A DNA stretch of 63,704 nt, counting the filler, from Octopus bimaculoides (Eukaryota): NCBI RefSeq assembly GCF_001194135.2. It is 4 parts of 4 records of this genome, joined end to end, with 100 filler letters (N's around TTAATTAATTAA, not from the genome) between each part and the next. Parts side by side here need not be neighbours in the genome. Positions count along the whole stretch, not along the records: positions 1 to 26,964 come from NC_069003.1; 3 more parts are not named here. The stretch is one strand, 5' to 3'. Position 1 is the stretch's first letter; every line of letters begins with the position of its first letter. The notes beneath the pieces were generated by a model, which was given only the letters and a program-made list of their open reading frames with translations, was not told the origin of the DNA and made no database searches. Positions 13,130 through 24,700 of the stretch are shown in pieces. A program made the position numbers and the translations under genes.

Positions 13130-13397
13130 TTTCACTTTAATAGTTTCAGTATTAAAGTGAAATTATTAAAGTGAAAACAATAGAGAGATGTTATTGTCTC
13201 ACTTTTGATACGTAATACTGAAATAGTGGAGGAGATATGATATTGCTCTGGGCTCGCATTAGGCAAGAAGTTAAAAATGTTTTTGGCCTATGACACTACA
13301 TGGACCGTAAGTAAGGCATGTGTAAAATTTTAATGAAATTGGTTGTGTAGTTAGTGATTCACACATATAGACAGACAGACAGACACATTCTCATCTT

Positions 13398-13410
<13 letters not shown>
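13130..13410 (-). mobile_element. Putative non-autonomous rolling-circle (Helitron/Lep1-like) element, 5' part
   Basis: Minus strand starts in TA repeats, then AAAGATGAGAATGTGTCTGTCTGTCTGTC...CCAATTTCATTAAAATTTTACACA. This resembles microsatellite-bearing non-autonomous helitrons; no 3' CTAG end was seen. Confidence 0.4.
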
Positions 13411-13484
<74 letters not shown>

Positions 13485-13789
13485 GTATATGTAAAGATAT
13501 ATATATATATGTATATGTAAAGATATATATATATACTCATAACAATTATTTTGAAATGGTAAATGAAATCTTTATAGAATACGTTTTATATTGAATTTTA
13601 TGAAAGGACTCCTTGTCTCGCAGAATCTCCGATTTCTTTTCTTATAGAATCCAGCTTAACGAACACTTGATTGGACACAATCTTCCCCTTAGACATACGA
13701 CTGTATTATACACTTGCAAGTAGTATTGTATGCACACAATAAAGAATGTTCAATAGGTGTAGTAGAGTGTGTTAATGGAAGAGGCGGAA

Positions 13790-14345
13790 ATAAGGTTGGT
13801 AATATATAGAAGTGTTAGATTTAGGTATTGTTCAGAATCTTCGTGTATAACTGGGTTCGTAGATTGAAGTTTTGGAGGGACTCAAGCAGTGAGACACATA
13901 TACAGTAATAATGTAGTGTGACAGGAAGCAATGAGAAACGAATGGAAAACTTAAGCAGGGAATTTAGCCAGAGGATTCTCAATAATAAACAAAGTCGAAG
14001 GTTATTCTAATATCGACCTCAACAATATTGAACCAGATGAAAGAATTCCCAGGGCGAGAGAATGGCGGTGAATTACATGAGATGGGTAAAAGAAAGATCT
14101 GAGAGATCTAGTTCTATGGAAGCGCTTCCTTTTCACAAGCAGAAAATAGGATTTCAATATGATGTGGTAAAAGAGTCGGTTCATCAATACTGACCCCGAT
14201 GAAAAAATTCCAAAGATGAGAGAATGGAGGTAAATGGCAAGAGAAGTGTATATGAAAGATCTGAGAGATCTAGTTATATGGAAGCGCTTCCTTTTTCACA
14301 AATAGAATATAGGGTTTCAATAAGATGTGGTAAAAGAGTTGGTTC
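13790..14345 (-). mobile_element. Highly degenerate L2/CR1-group LINE 3' region with internal tandem duplication
   Basis: Weak peptide similarity (..EFFH..QYC*GRY*NNL..HSFLIASCHT..); about 162-bp duplication at 14030-14345. Confidence 0.3.
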
Positions 14346-14919
14346 TTTTAAGACTGTACCCATTAGTTTGAGATGTTAAAAGAGAGTTAAACAGTTCAGT
14401 AGTTGGTAGAGTCAAAGATGTTCTTTCAATATATTCTGTCATTATATGCTGGAGCTGCCCCACAAAGAGACGTCCATTTACTTGGCATGTTTGGACTTTA
14501 CAATTGTTAGAACCTGTTTGAACAACTGGCAGATCTGGCGAACATCTCGGAGGCGGACAAAAGGAACAACAAGCTGCAGATTGAGATTATCAGAGATAAG
14601 TACATATAAAAAACATGATCGATACCCAGTAAAAGCAACACAGGGTCTATCAAAAGCTTAAATTGAGGGGCCAAAGAACGTGAGTGTCTTCACAACTTGG
14701 CCCCAAATCAAAGTTCCTTGTGCGCAAATTCTGAAATACTAGTTTAGAAGAAGTGATTGAGACGGAAATTCAAAACAGTCGCATCATGATTCTATATCCC
14801 TGGAGATTCTCACAGATTTCTAAATGATTCCCATAGTTTTACTCTCCATTTTCAACTTTCCCAATAAAATGTATTACCTTTTTGTTCCATCGGCTGTGTA
14901 TATATATATATATATATAA

Positions 14920-15137
14920 ATGAGGGGTGCTGTGAAGTCCCTGGTTTTGGGTAAAAGAAACTACAGGAGGATCAGTTAATTATGATTTTATTCAACATAT
15001 TCCCCTCTGAGATTCACACATTTACTGCAGAGGTTCTTCAATTATTCTAAGCCCAGCTAAAGAACTCGGAAGGTTGAGCTCGCCATCCAGGCCTTTTGCT
15101 ATACACTTAAAACCAGGGAATTTTCGTCAATCCCTCG

Positions 15138-15139
<2 letters not shown>
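14920..15139. mobile_element. Mariner-type MITE
   Basis: Imperfect TIRs: TGAGGGGTGCTGTGAAGTCCCTGGTTTT at left and reverse complement TACGAGGGATTGACGAAAATTCCCTGGTTTT at right; flanked by TA repeats. Confidence 0.65.
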
Positions 15140-15168
<29 letters not shown>

Positions 15169-15509
15169 NNNNNNNNNNNNNNNNNNNNNNNNNNNNNNNN
15201 NNNNNNNNNNNNNNNNNNNNNNNNNNNNNNNNNNNNNNNNNNNNNNNNNNNNNNNNNNNNNNNNNNNNNNNNNNNNNNNNNNNNNNNNNNNNNNNNNNNN
15301 NNNNNNNNNNNNNNNNNNNNNNNNNNNNNNNNNNNNNNNNNNNNNNNNNNNNNNNNNNNNNNNNNNNNNNNNNNNNNNNNNNNNNNNNNNNNNNNNNNNN
15401 NNNNNNNNNNNNNNNNNNNNNNNNNNNNNNNNNNNNNNNNNNNNNNNNNNNNNNNNNNNNNNNNNNNNNNNNNNNNNNNNNNNNNNNNNNNNNNNNNNNA
15501 TATATATAT

Positions 15510-15557
15510 AAAGATAGATAGACAGACAGATAGATAGATAGATAGATAGATAGATAT

Positions 15558-15593
<36 letters not shown>

Positions 15594-15625
15594 GTAGATA
15601 GATAGATAGATAGATAGATAGATAC
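15510..15625. repeat. (GATA)n microsatellite
   Basis: Direct repeat run. Confidence 0.95.
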
Positions 15626-15742
15626 CTTAGTGTAGAACTCAATATGCGTATGTTTCAGAACAAAGTGATAGATGAGAGTGTAGAGCGGTAGTAAGAAAAA
15701 GAGATGACACAGGAAAATAGTAATCATGTTATGAACTTCATT

Positions 15743-15823
15743 AGCTTACAGCTGTTTCTGCTATAGGATACAGTGGACTCTTAGTTGAGTACCTGAGTAA
15801 CATCCTATAGCTTCATCGGAGCT
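15743..15823 (-). ncRNA. Minimal type I hammerhead ribozyme-like motif with long helix II
   Basis: Minus strand reads AGCT-CCGATGA-a-GCTATAGGAT..(32 nt)..ATCCTATAGC-a-GAAAC-AGCT-GTA-AGCT. Confidence 0.65.
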
Positions 15824-15861
15824 GTAATTCTTTTCCAACATAAATTGCCCTTCATATGCGA

Positions 15862-15937
15862 GGCTTCGATGAACACGTAAGATGTTATTCAGGCACTCAA
15901 GAGTCCACTGCATCTTAAAGCAGAAATAACGTAATCA
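15862..15937 (+). ncRNA. Degenerate inverted copy of the hammerhead-like motif
   Basis: TCGATGAacacgtaAGATgttattcaggcactcaagagtccactgcATCTtaaagcaGAAAtaacGTA aligns to the minus-strand copy at 15743-15823. Confidence 0.5.
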
Positions 15938-15991
15938 ATGTTTTTCCTGTTACCTCTTTTTCTTATACATACATACAGACAGACAGACATA

Positions 15992-16080
<89 letters not shown>

Positions 16081-16169
16081 GCACAAAAAATATATATATA
16101 CATATATATATGAGGGACTATCCCGTCGTTGGAAGACGTATGAAGGGTGGACAATTTCTTACCGAACAA

Positions 16170-16372
16170 CCAAATGTTTGTGTAGACATAAGATCACTCG
16201 CTCCATCAGATCGACATTACTTGTACAGGTGCGAGTGCCACATGTCAGATGTCGAAATGATCACAGAGCAACGAGAAATGAAGTGCTTTGCTCAAGAACA
16301 CAACGCAAGACCTGGTCTGGGAATCGAACCCACGATCTCGCAATCGTGAGTGCAACACCTTAACCACTAACG
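16170..16372 (-). mobile_element. tRNA-derived SINE (family C-related head)
   Basis: Reverse complement: TAGTGGTTAAGGTGTTGCACTCACGATTGCGAGATCGTGGGTTCGATTCCCAGACC..TGTGTTCTTGAGCAAAGCAC. Confidence 0.75.
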
Positions 16373-16391
16373 CACACACACACACACACAT

Positions 16392-16432
<41 letters not shown>

Positions 16433-17119
16433 GATAAATATATATAACGGCCCCAAAATCTCAAAATAAATATTTCTGTATAGCATATTTTGTATTTTAT
16501 ATTTCGGGTCCTGTCTGTTGAAATGACATAAGTTTAGACACATATAAGAAATGCTGAAGAATACGCTACACAAGCACTTTTCTGATAATTGAATTTCTCA
16601 AATAAATGGAGAACACGCACTGCAAAAATGTAACGGCAAAACCTGGTGGCATTGGAAAAAGAAATTGAAGAAAAATAACTTCGAGAAATTAAAAATTAAT
16701 CTCTCAAAATTAATTAGCCCCTGAGCATGAAAACTAATTTCCAGAGATTAAGATTCAAGTTTTTTGTAACTTTGTAATTATCTATATCACTTCTACAATC
16801 GCTAAATGACTACCAAGTTTGTATGTTTTTATTTACTGTCGCACCCACAAAGAAGAAAATTTCAATAAACAACCAGGAAGTCTTGAGGAACAGTATCTAA
16901 TTCATCTCACCTTAGCTGTTATAGTCATTGAAAAGGTTTCAAGAAGCAACAAAAGAGCTTTGAGAGATAAAAACAAAACAATCAGATATTTAATGAGTGG
17001 AATTGAATCAGTGTGTGTATTAACTATATTGGTATAATGACTCACCCTAGACACAACAATTGTTTCAATACACAAATTGTCATAAAGAATCTTGCCAACA
17101 AGATACAAAAACGAAGTAT

Positions 17120-17201
17120 ACTTGCCTGGTATTTAATTTATCGACCCCGAAAGGATGAAAGGTAAGGTCGACCTCGGTGGAATTTGAACTCAGAACATAA
17201 A
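17120..17201 (-). mobile_element. SINE family B fragment
   Basis: TTTATCGACCCCGAAAGGATGAAAGGTAAGGTCGACCTCGGTGGAATTTGAACTCAGAAC core. Confidence 0.8.
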
Positions 17202-18187
17202 GAAAATGATAATGATAATAATAATAATTTAGAAAAAACTAAAATAAAATTATTACAAGAAAGGCTCCAAAATAATTCGTCATTGAAATCAAATATTATG
17301 ATAATACAGCATTAATTAAGAGATTAATTAGTTATGTAGGGAGAACATCACTTATAATATCACCTCTGTAACTTATCCAAGACTAAGATATTTCTTATAT
17401 TTTTCTTAATATTTTTCTTATGCAAGTTATTTATCATTCTGTGCATGAAGTGACTGTTTTTTTGTTTTCGTTTTTGTTTTTTTTTTTGTTAAGGTTAATT
17501 AGAAAACAAACAAAAATATTTTAATTTGCTATTAATAAGAAGCTCATATTTCCTATTAATCAGGGAAGCTGAATCAGCTTTTATGATCTCTAATACTTCG
17601 CGTGTCCAAGACAATCTGTTCGAATTCCTTCCTACACACTACCGATTTTTGAAGAGACGTACGTTGTAAGTTGTAAGTTATCTTCTTCGATTTTAGATTT
17701 AAAATGTATCCCGCAACACAGATCGAGTTTTCAATATTTTCATTATAAACATAAATTTCAAATTTTTGCACAAGAATTTTAACTGAAAGCGTGAAGATGG
17801 ACGAAATGGCTCATTTCCACTGCTTTATTTTCACTATAAACATTTTACAGTATACAGTATATACTCATTTTGCTATGAGTACATAGATATACATTACCTT
17901 TTAACTATTTGCGGTAGATGTAATTGAAGGATTTTTAGTTTTAACAATACATTTATATATTTCGTTTTTATGCTGCCAGTAACCTTTTAATGAGCAATTT
18001 TCTCTTATGTAACAATTACAATCTTATTTAAGCTTATATATTAACTATTTAAACTTATATCTTTTGAATCAACTAAACCCCACGAGGAATCTAGTCATTC
18101 TTATTCTATATTCATCCTCAACAATATTATTATTTCCATAACGGTAATAATATTATTAGCAGAAATATTATTATTATTATTATTATT

Positions 18188-18640
18188 ATTACCTCCGCCT
18201 TCGCTAAGCGGAGATATTGCTTACAGTCGTGTTTGCTTGTTTGTTTGTTTGTTTGTCCGTGGGAAAGATATCTCAAGAACCACTAGATGGAATCGGATGA
18301 AACTTGCAGGGATGTTTGGCCTCGTGACTGGTACGAACTGATTAGGTTTTGGGATTGATGCGGTACCGGACAAGGTTTCTGGGTTACTTTTCCTGTTTCT
18401 TTTTTTTACTTAATCTTTGAGAGCGATCGGATTCATTTGTAGTATTCCCGTTCGTGAGAGCAGTCGAGTTTATTTCTCATTTTAATAATCATCTCTGGCT
18501 AATCGTTGAGAGGACGTTGGTGTTGCCTTGTTTTTATTTTTATTATAGTAGAAAGGATTATTATTATTATTTTATGTTTGACTTTTGTTTTGCATTTGTA
18601 CAAGTTGGATCCAAGTCTCACCCAGAGACCTCAAGAGACA
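18188..18640 (+). mobile_element. Putative Helentron/DINE-like non-autonomous element
   Basis: Begins TTACCTCCGCC with short inverted repeat CTCCGC..GCGGAG, then a (GTTT)n tract and GGATGAAACTT; sits in ATT repeats. Confidence 0.4.
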
Positions 18641-18645
18641 ACAAG

Positions 18646-18711
<66 letters not shown>

Positions 18712-18739
18712 GATGCTGTTGTTGTTGCTGCTGTGTTAA

Positions 18740-19025
18740 AAATCAGCTTATATTGCTGGGTATGATGGAAAGTGTCAGCTGTCCACAGCCAGCAGACTAA
18801 AGTGACACTTGTTTACTGGTCATGCTTCAAGAACCCTGCGAAGAATTCCTGCCGTTCCATGCAATGCTGATTTTTGTAGGTGTTCTACCTTCACACATGC
18901 ACCGATCTCTTCAGTTATGTTGGTAGTTCAGTGCTGATACTTCTAAGTGCATCAACTACTATTGGTATCACGTCTACTTTCTTCATTTACCACAACCTTC
19001 GTATTTCCCACTTTAAATAGTTGTT
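18740..19025 (-). mobile_element. RLE-type (R4/Dong-like) LINE 3' fragment
   Basis: Minus strand: YLKWEIRRLW*MKKVDVIPIVVDALRSIS...HLQKSALHGTAGILRRVLEA*; flanked by (TTA)n tracts. Confidence 0.8.
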
Positions 19026-19050
19026 TATTTTTTTCTTCTTTCACATTGAA

Positions 19051-19111
<61 letters not shown>

Positions 19112-19399
19112 TATGAACTTCTTTTGAGAATCATGTTTATTGTATTTAATGTCAAAATCCTGTTAATATAGCTTAGAGCGATACGAGGCTGCTATAAAAG
19201 ACGTTGAATTCGGTGAATCAGAATGAGACAACATGTTAGTCGACTTATTAAAAATTTGGTAATATTTGTGCTGAAGTGGAAAATTTTCAACAAGAATTTT
19301 GAATTATAATGAAACAAAATATTAAAACAATATAGAGTTTAAAACGGAAAAATAAAGCAGACAGACATTAAAGATTCCCACCTACATACCAGCGAGAAA

Positions 19400-20100
19400 C
19401 TTCTGACTTTGTCGATTAGAGTTCCCCACATCTCTACTCACTCATCGTACTCATACTGTAGCCTCCAACAACTAAAACTGCTCATTTGCTGTTGGTGTAA
19501 AATTAACTTGCGTCCTCAAGATATACATGCTTCAATTCAATGTAATATGTTTCTATTATTTTTACCCACAACTTGTCCTTTGAACATTTACTATATTCCA
19601 GTCTGAATTGCTTGATGGCAACAAAACATGCCTGCAATACCTCTTGCCTTGCGGATGTCTGAGTATGTATATTAGATCTGGACTCGATCTTTGAACGATG
19701 GTGAATTTCAGTTCATCTAAACTTCGTGTCTTCTCTAACAATTTGGAAAGCGTATTGAGTTCCAGCACCTCCGTCTTCTCACAAGACGATTGGGTGGCAC
19801 TGCTAATTCCGGTGTGGAGATAAGGTGCCTCATTGCTAGTTTCCGCTAATCATTGCTTCCTGAAAGGTGTCCTCAGATTTGTAATCAGCTTCTGGCACTG
19901 AAGAGATTTTTGCTCCAGAACTCTGGAGTTTCGATCAGTGTTCCTCCGAGAACAGAATCATTTTATTGGACTTACTGACGCTTCTGTTTCTTTCTAATGT
20001 CTTAGCTGCTTCTCTCAGCTGAAATACCTCAACTGGTTTTTGCCAACACATGTGTAGGTTGATGTCTCGCCCTACATGTCTAGTCTCATCCCCCTTCCTT
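19400..20100 (-). mobile_element. Possible degenerate RTE LINE fragment (between endonuclease and RT)
   Basis: Weak similarity only (..QEVLQACF..KLWVK..YY.ELKHVY..); many stops. Confidence 0.25.
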
Positions 20101-20545
20101 CTGCATAGCTACCGATTACATTTCAATTGTTCGCTTTGCGTATTAAATAAAAGATTTTGAAAATTAAAGGTATCTGTTTATTTCCGGCATGTCTGTGTAT
20201 GTTATGTGGCAAAGAAATAAGTTTCTCCTTTATTTCGTCACATGAGTCTGCTTGTTGTGTGCCGCACGTTTTCTCTGTTTCGCTGTGTGCAGTGATTATG
20301 TACTTTTTGGTTGTTATTGTAGAAACTATTGTTCGCAAAATCTTGGAAGAGAAAAAACAAATAACTGTTAAAAATATCCAACTTCTTGTGTTTATTTTGA
20401 TAAGAAACAAACTCCACTGTTTTAGAAAATGCTTTGTTTGTAAAATTATTAAAAATGTTTTGACAAAACATCTTTCATCCACATCTGTTAAATACAAGAC
20501 TTTTTCCAGGCTTGCAAAGTAAAATGTCTCGCTATTCTGATAACC

Positions 20546-20604
<59 letters not shown>

Positions 20605-20622
20605 TAATAATAATAATAATAA

Positions 20623-21125
20623 AGGAGAAATTGTCCAAGTGCAAAGACCTTGAAATTGAAGTATTCAAGGTGTGGAACATGTAAAAATAATACCAATAAT
20701 AACTGGAGCAATGGGCATGATTAAAAAAAAACATATGAACAAAAACGTAGAAGCTATACCTGGATCCTCAACACTACATACTATCCAAAAAATAGTCCTG
20801 TTAAGGACAGCCCACGTCCTACACAATACATTATCAATCAAATAATACAACCTAAACAAAACAACACACAAACACAAGACACACTCTATACAGCAATTAC
20901 CCAGTGAAATAAACTTCCACCAGCAAGCTCGATAACCAATGCACTACGCACTCAACACACAAAAGAAGCAGCAGCTCAAGAGTCAAAAGCTAACAGAATA
21001 CAGTACTAGGGAAAGTTTGCGTGCACCCAACAGCAGAAAGTAACCCACAATGCTGCACACGCCCCAGCAACACGGAGGTGTAGCAGGAGGCGCAGTAGAA
21101 ATTTGCCTCAACCTACAAAATTATA
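20623..21125 (+). mobile_element. RLE-type (R4/Dong-like) LINE 3' fragment with 3' UTR
   Basis: EKLSKCKDLEIEVFKVWNM..IIPIITGAMGMIKK..IQKIVLLRTAHVLHNTLS; (AAT)n on both sides. Confidence 0.8.
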
Positions 21126-21131
21126 AGCAGT

Positions 21132-21193
<62 letters not shown>

Positions 21194-21324
21194 CCTTTCT
21201 TTTAAATGTACAGGGCCTGAAATTTTGGAGGATGGAAATAGTCGATTACATCGACTCCTGTGTTTCACTGGTACTAAATTTATTGACCCCTAAATGATGA
21301 AAGACAAAATCGACCTCAACGGAA

Positions 21325-21430
21325 GACGAAGAAGAAGAAGAAGAAGAAGAAGAAGAAGAAGAAGAAGAAGAAGAAGAAGAAGAAGAAGAAGAAGAAGAAG
21401 AAGAAGAAGAAGAAGAAGAAGAAGAAGAAA
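21325..21430. repeat. (GAA)n microsatellite
   Basis: Direct repeat run. Confidence 0.95.
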
Positions 21431-21470
21431 AAGAAGATCGCTACTTAGATATTCAGCAACTTTTGTAGAT

Positions 21471-21513
21471 TGCGCTCAGTAGTGAAGTGAAAGCACGTTA
21501 TAAAAATTAAATT

Positions 21514-21519
<6 letters not shown>
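21471..21519 (+). mobile_element. Extreme 3' tip of the R4/Dong-like family seen at 21988-22430
   Basis: TGCGCTCAGTAGTGAAGTGAAAGCACGTTATAAAAAT nearly identical to 22383-22420, followed by (AAT)n. Confidence 0.75.
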
Positions 21520-21579
<60 letters not shown>

Positions 21580-21587
21580 TGATGATT

Positions 21588-21917
21588 TCAAATTTTGGCC
21601 CAAAGCCAACAACTTCGGAGAAGGGTAAGCCGATTACATCAACCTCAATGCTCAACTAATTTTATCGACCTCGAAACGAAAGAACGAAAGGCAAAGTCAA
21701 CCCCGACAGAATTTGAACTCAAAACATAAAGGTGGACGGAATACAGCTAAGCGTTTTGCTCGATGCTCATGATGCTACTAAAGGCACAGAGCCTGAAAAT
21801 TTGCCGGAGGGGACTAGTCAATTATATCGAACCCAGTGTTTTACTGGAACTTAGTTTATTGACTCCCCGAAAGGATGAAAGGCAACGTCGTCCTCGGCGG
21901 AATTTGAACTCAGAACA
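21588..21917 (-). mobile_element. Two adjacent SINE family B copies
   Basis: Two ATCGAC..GAAAGG..GAATTTGAACTC cores, at about 21588-21775 and 21778-21917. Confidence 0.75.
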
Positions 21918-21937
21918 AGATAATAATAATAATAATG

Positions 21938-21987
<50 letters not shown>

Positions 21988-21989
<2 letters not shown>

Positions 21990-22430
21990 ACAGATAGAGA
22001 AATTAAGGCAAATAGACCAGATATAGTTGTCAAAGATCATGAAGGAAAAAAATGCTTTCTAATTGATGTATCAATACCAGCAGATGACAACGTTTCCCTA
22101 AAAGAAATGGAGAAACTTTCAAAATACAAAGACCTGGAAATAGAGGTAACTCGAATGTGGAATCTAAAAACAGAAACAATTCCTATCATAGTAGGCGCAT
22201 TAGGTATGATAAAAAAATATTCAGACAAATACATAACAAAAATACCAGGACTTACAAATATATTTAAAATACAGAAAATTGCACTACTGGGCTCTACACA
22301 CATCCTACGCAAACCACTTTCAATACAGTAACCATAAGAGCATCACAGCAAACCACAGCACATACCGAAGGCACACAGAGCTGCGCTCGGTAGTGAAGTG
22401 AAAGCACGTTATAAAAATAAAACTACTGAA
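21988..22430 (+). mobile_element. RLE-type (R4/Dong-like) LINE, 5'-truncated, inserted in (AAT)n
   Basis: Open frame TDREIKANRPDIVVKDHEGKKCFLIDVSIPADDNVSLKEMEKLSKYKDL...IPIIVGALG...ILRKPLSIQ* contains the RPD..D...E.EK..KY restriction-like endonuclease signature. Confidence 0.9.
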
Positions 22431-22899
22431 CAATAATAATAATAATAATAATAACAATAATGGATAAGCATAACGATCATTAGCGGAAAGTAATGACATC
22501 AAATTTAAGTCCCAGGCAAAGTTTTCCAATTATATATAGAAAAGCAATTAGGAAAGAAAATGAATTGACCAAAGAGGAATGGAAACAGGAACAAAGTTAC
22601 TGTAAAACTGGAATATTTTAGACACGATAATAAAATATATTGGAAATGTTAATAGATTAGCTGAACGTATTACAATTGATAATAGACAATATTAGAAATG
22701 CTAATATAGAACACACGCGACCAAAAATACTAAATGAAAATGGAATTAACACTGCAGAGAAATTAGAAATCCAAACATGAGAACCAACTTCAAAAAAATC
22801 ACTGAAAAAGACATGAAAAATAACATCAAACGATCGTGTATGTACATTAGTGTAGGAAACAGAACTGGAACTATACCACAGCGTTTGATCCTTAATTTA

Positions 22900-23440
22900 C
22901 AGAATGTGCTTGAGTATTTGTGAACAAAATATTTAGTGGGCTATAACTGAAAAACAATCTAATGTAATGCACGTAATGCTACGCAGCATGTTCAAAATGA
23001 ATTTCTTTTTTTTTTATTTCTCTTTCAAACGTATCGACAACATCAATATGGACATGAAAAAACACGCCGTGTTTGTGGCTCTAGCTACCAACCACAGCTA
23101 ATCGGAGGTCGTTAGGTTTTGAACATGACCGAGTCCATCATGTTTAGTATCGTGAAAGAGTTACAGGCCTCTGACAGATACGTGTCGTTGGTGGTCTTGA
23201 AGAAGATGCACTCTCATCAGCCTTGGCACACCACACGTCTGATAGTGAACTCCATGAGAAAGAAAGGACAGTTTATGTGAGGCGGGAATAGGAAAATCAT
23301 ATTGCCACGTGACTTCAAGCATCATTTGACTACGAATCTTTTCTTATTTGAAGCCTTTGGACTACCACGTCTGTGGCGTCATTGGTAGGGATTCCAACCA
23401 ATGTTTATTTCAACTGAAGGATATTTAACTGCTAGCTGTA
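22900..23440 (+). mobile_element. Internally deleted Tc1/mariner (DD37D-like) transposon remnant
   Basis: MDMKKHAVFVALATNHS*SEVVRF at the N-terminus and KPLDYHVCGVIGRDSNQ (cf. NPLDY.VWG) near the C-terminus. Confidence 0.55.
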
Positions 23441-23715
23441 GCAGGGTGAGTGACTACTACAGAGCCTTCCTTATAGGTTCTCTGGTATGCCAGTGGGTAC
23501 AAGTGGTAAAGGTGGTCTGTGTCTGAGAACAATAGTCATTGATAGTGTCTTTCCATTGTAAGATAGACGGGTTTGATTTGAGAAAGATTAGGCTGCTATT
23601 TCTAGCAAAACGTATGACCGTTGTTTTTAGCATGTTTCCAAAAGTTGATAGAGAATTGCCTTCATAGGCCTGGTAGCTACACACATAAAATTGTATTATT
23701 CGACATAAACACATA

Positions 23716-23927
23716 AGGCGTTGAGCTAACAGAATCGTTTACACGCTGGTCAAAATCCTTAGAGGCATTTCGTTTGTCGTTACGTTCTGGGTTCAAGTTC
23801 CACCGACGTCGACTTTACCTTTCATCCTTCGGGGACGATAAAATAAGTACCAGTTGAGTACTGGAGTCGATGTAATTGGCTTATTCCCTTTCCGCGAAAT
23901 TGCTGGCCTTGTGCCAATATTTGAAAC
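23716..23927 (+). mobile_element. SINE family B
   Basis: GGGTTCAAGTTCC..GTCGACTTTACCTTTCATCCTTCGGGGACGATAAAATAAGTACCAG. Confidence 0.8.
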
Positions 23928-24214
23928 CCTTATACATAAACACATATTCCTCCACTTTGTACTTGTTTCCTTGTTTCAGCAATTACTTCGTGGCTATCTT
24001 GTAGTACCACTTCAAAGGGCTTTCATTTGACACTATTAATCCCATTACTTTTATAAGTATACAGGACATATTTAGGTTAGTGCCACAAAATTATTGCATT
24101 CGACTGTGTAATACAAAACACATGTGACTAATAATGCAGTGAGTTAGAAAAGAATAAAGACATGTTTGGTCAATGATTAACATTATTTTAAATTTCTCGA
24201 AAAGTATGGGAGTC

Positions 24215-24257
24215 CATCCGGACATGCTTCAGTCTTGTTAGACTTCCTCGGTGAATC
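24215..24257 (-). ncRNA. Degenerate minimal hammerhead-like motif
   Basis: Minus strand: CCGAGGA-AGTCT-aaca-AGACT-GAAG-CATG-TC; perfect helix II, one core mismatch (GAAG for GAAA), weak helix I. Confidence 0.35.
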
Positions 24258-24663
24258 ATAGATTTTAATGATCAAAAAATCGTTGGATATATTTATAAGG
24301 ATGTATGATAATTGGCGAACTAAAAGTAGAATTATTATAGAATAAATATCGTACAGATGCCATCTACATGGCGCCTCCTAGTTATTTATTTCCTAAATAC
24401 TTATCGAAGTGACGAGAGAATCACTAAATTAATTAAAAATATTGTATACTAGTTGATATCGGAAATTATAATATTTTGGAGAATATCTTACTCAGACAAA
24501 TTACCGAGAGACGCCATATATAGCATAGATATGAAGATAGCGGGAACGTATGAATACTGCGACGAAGTAATGGGATGGAATTACTACGTATGGAATATGG
24601 AAATAAGAAATACGTCGGAGAAATGATATACAAACTCACTCGCACTTTCATCCCACCCAGGCG

Positions 24664-24699
<36 letters not shown>

Positions 24700-24700
24700 C

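Noticed and set aside
14446-14690. Possible exon ending at a GTGAGT donor
   Set aside because: All three frames contain stops shortly upstream of the donor.
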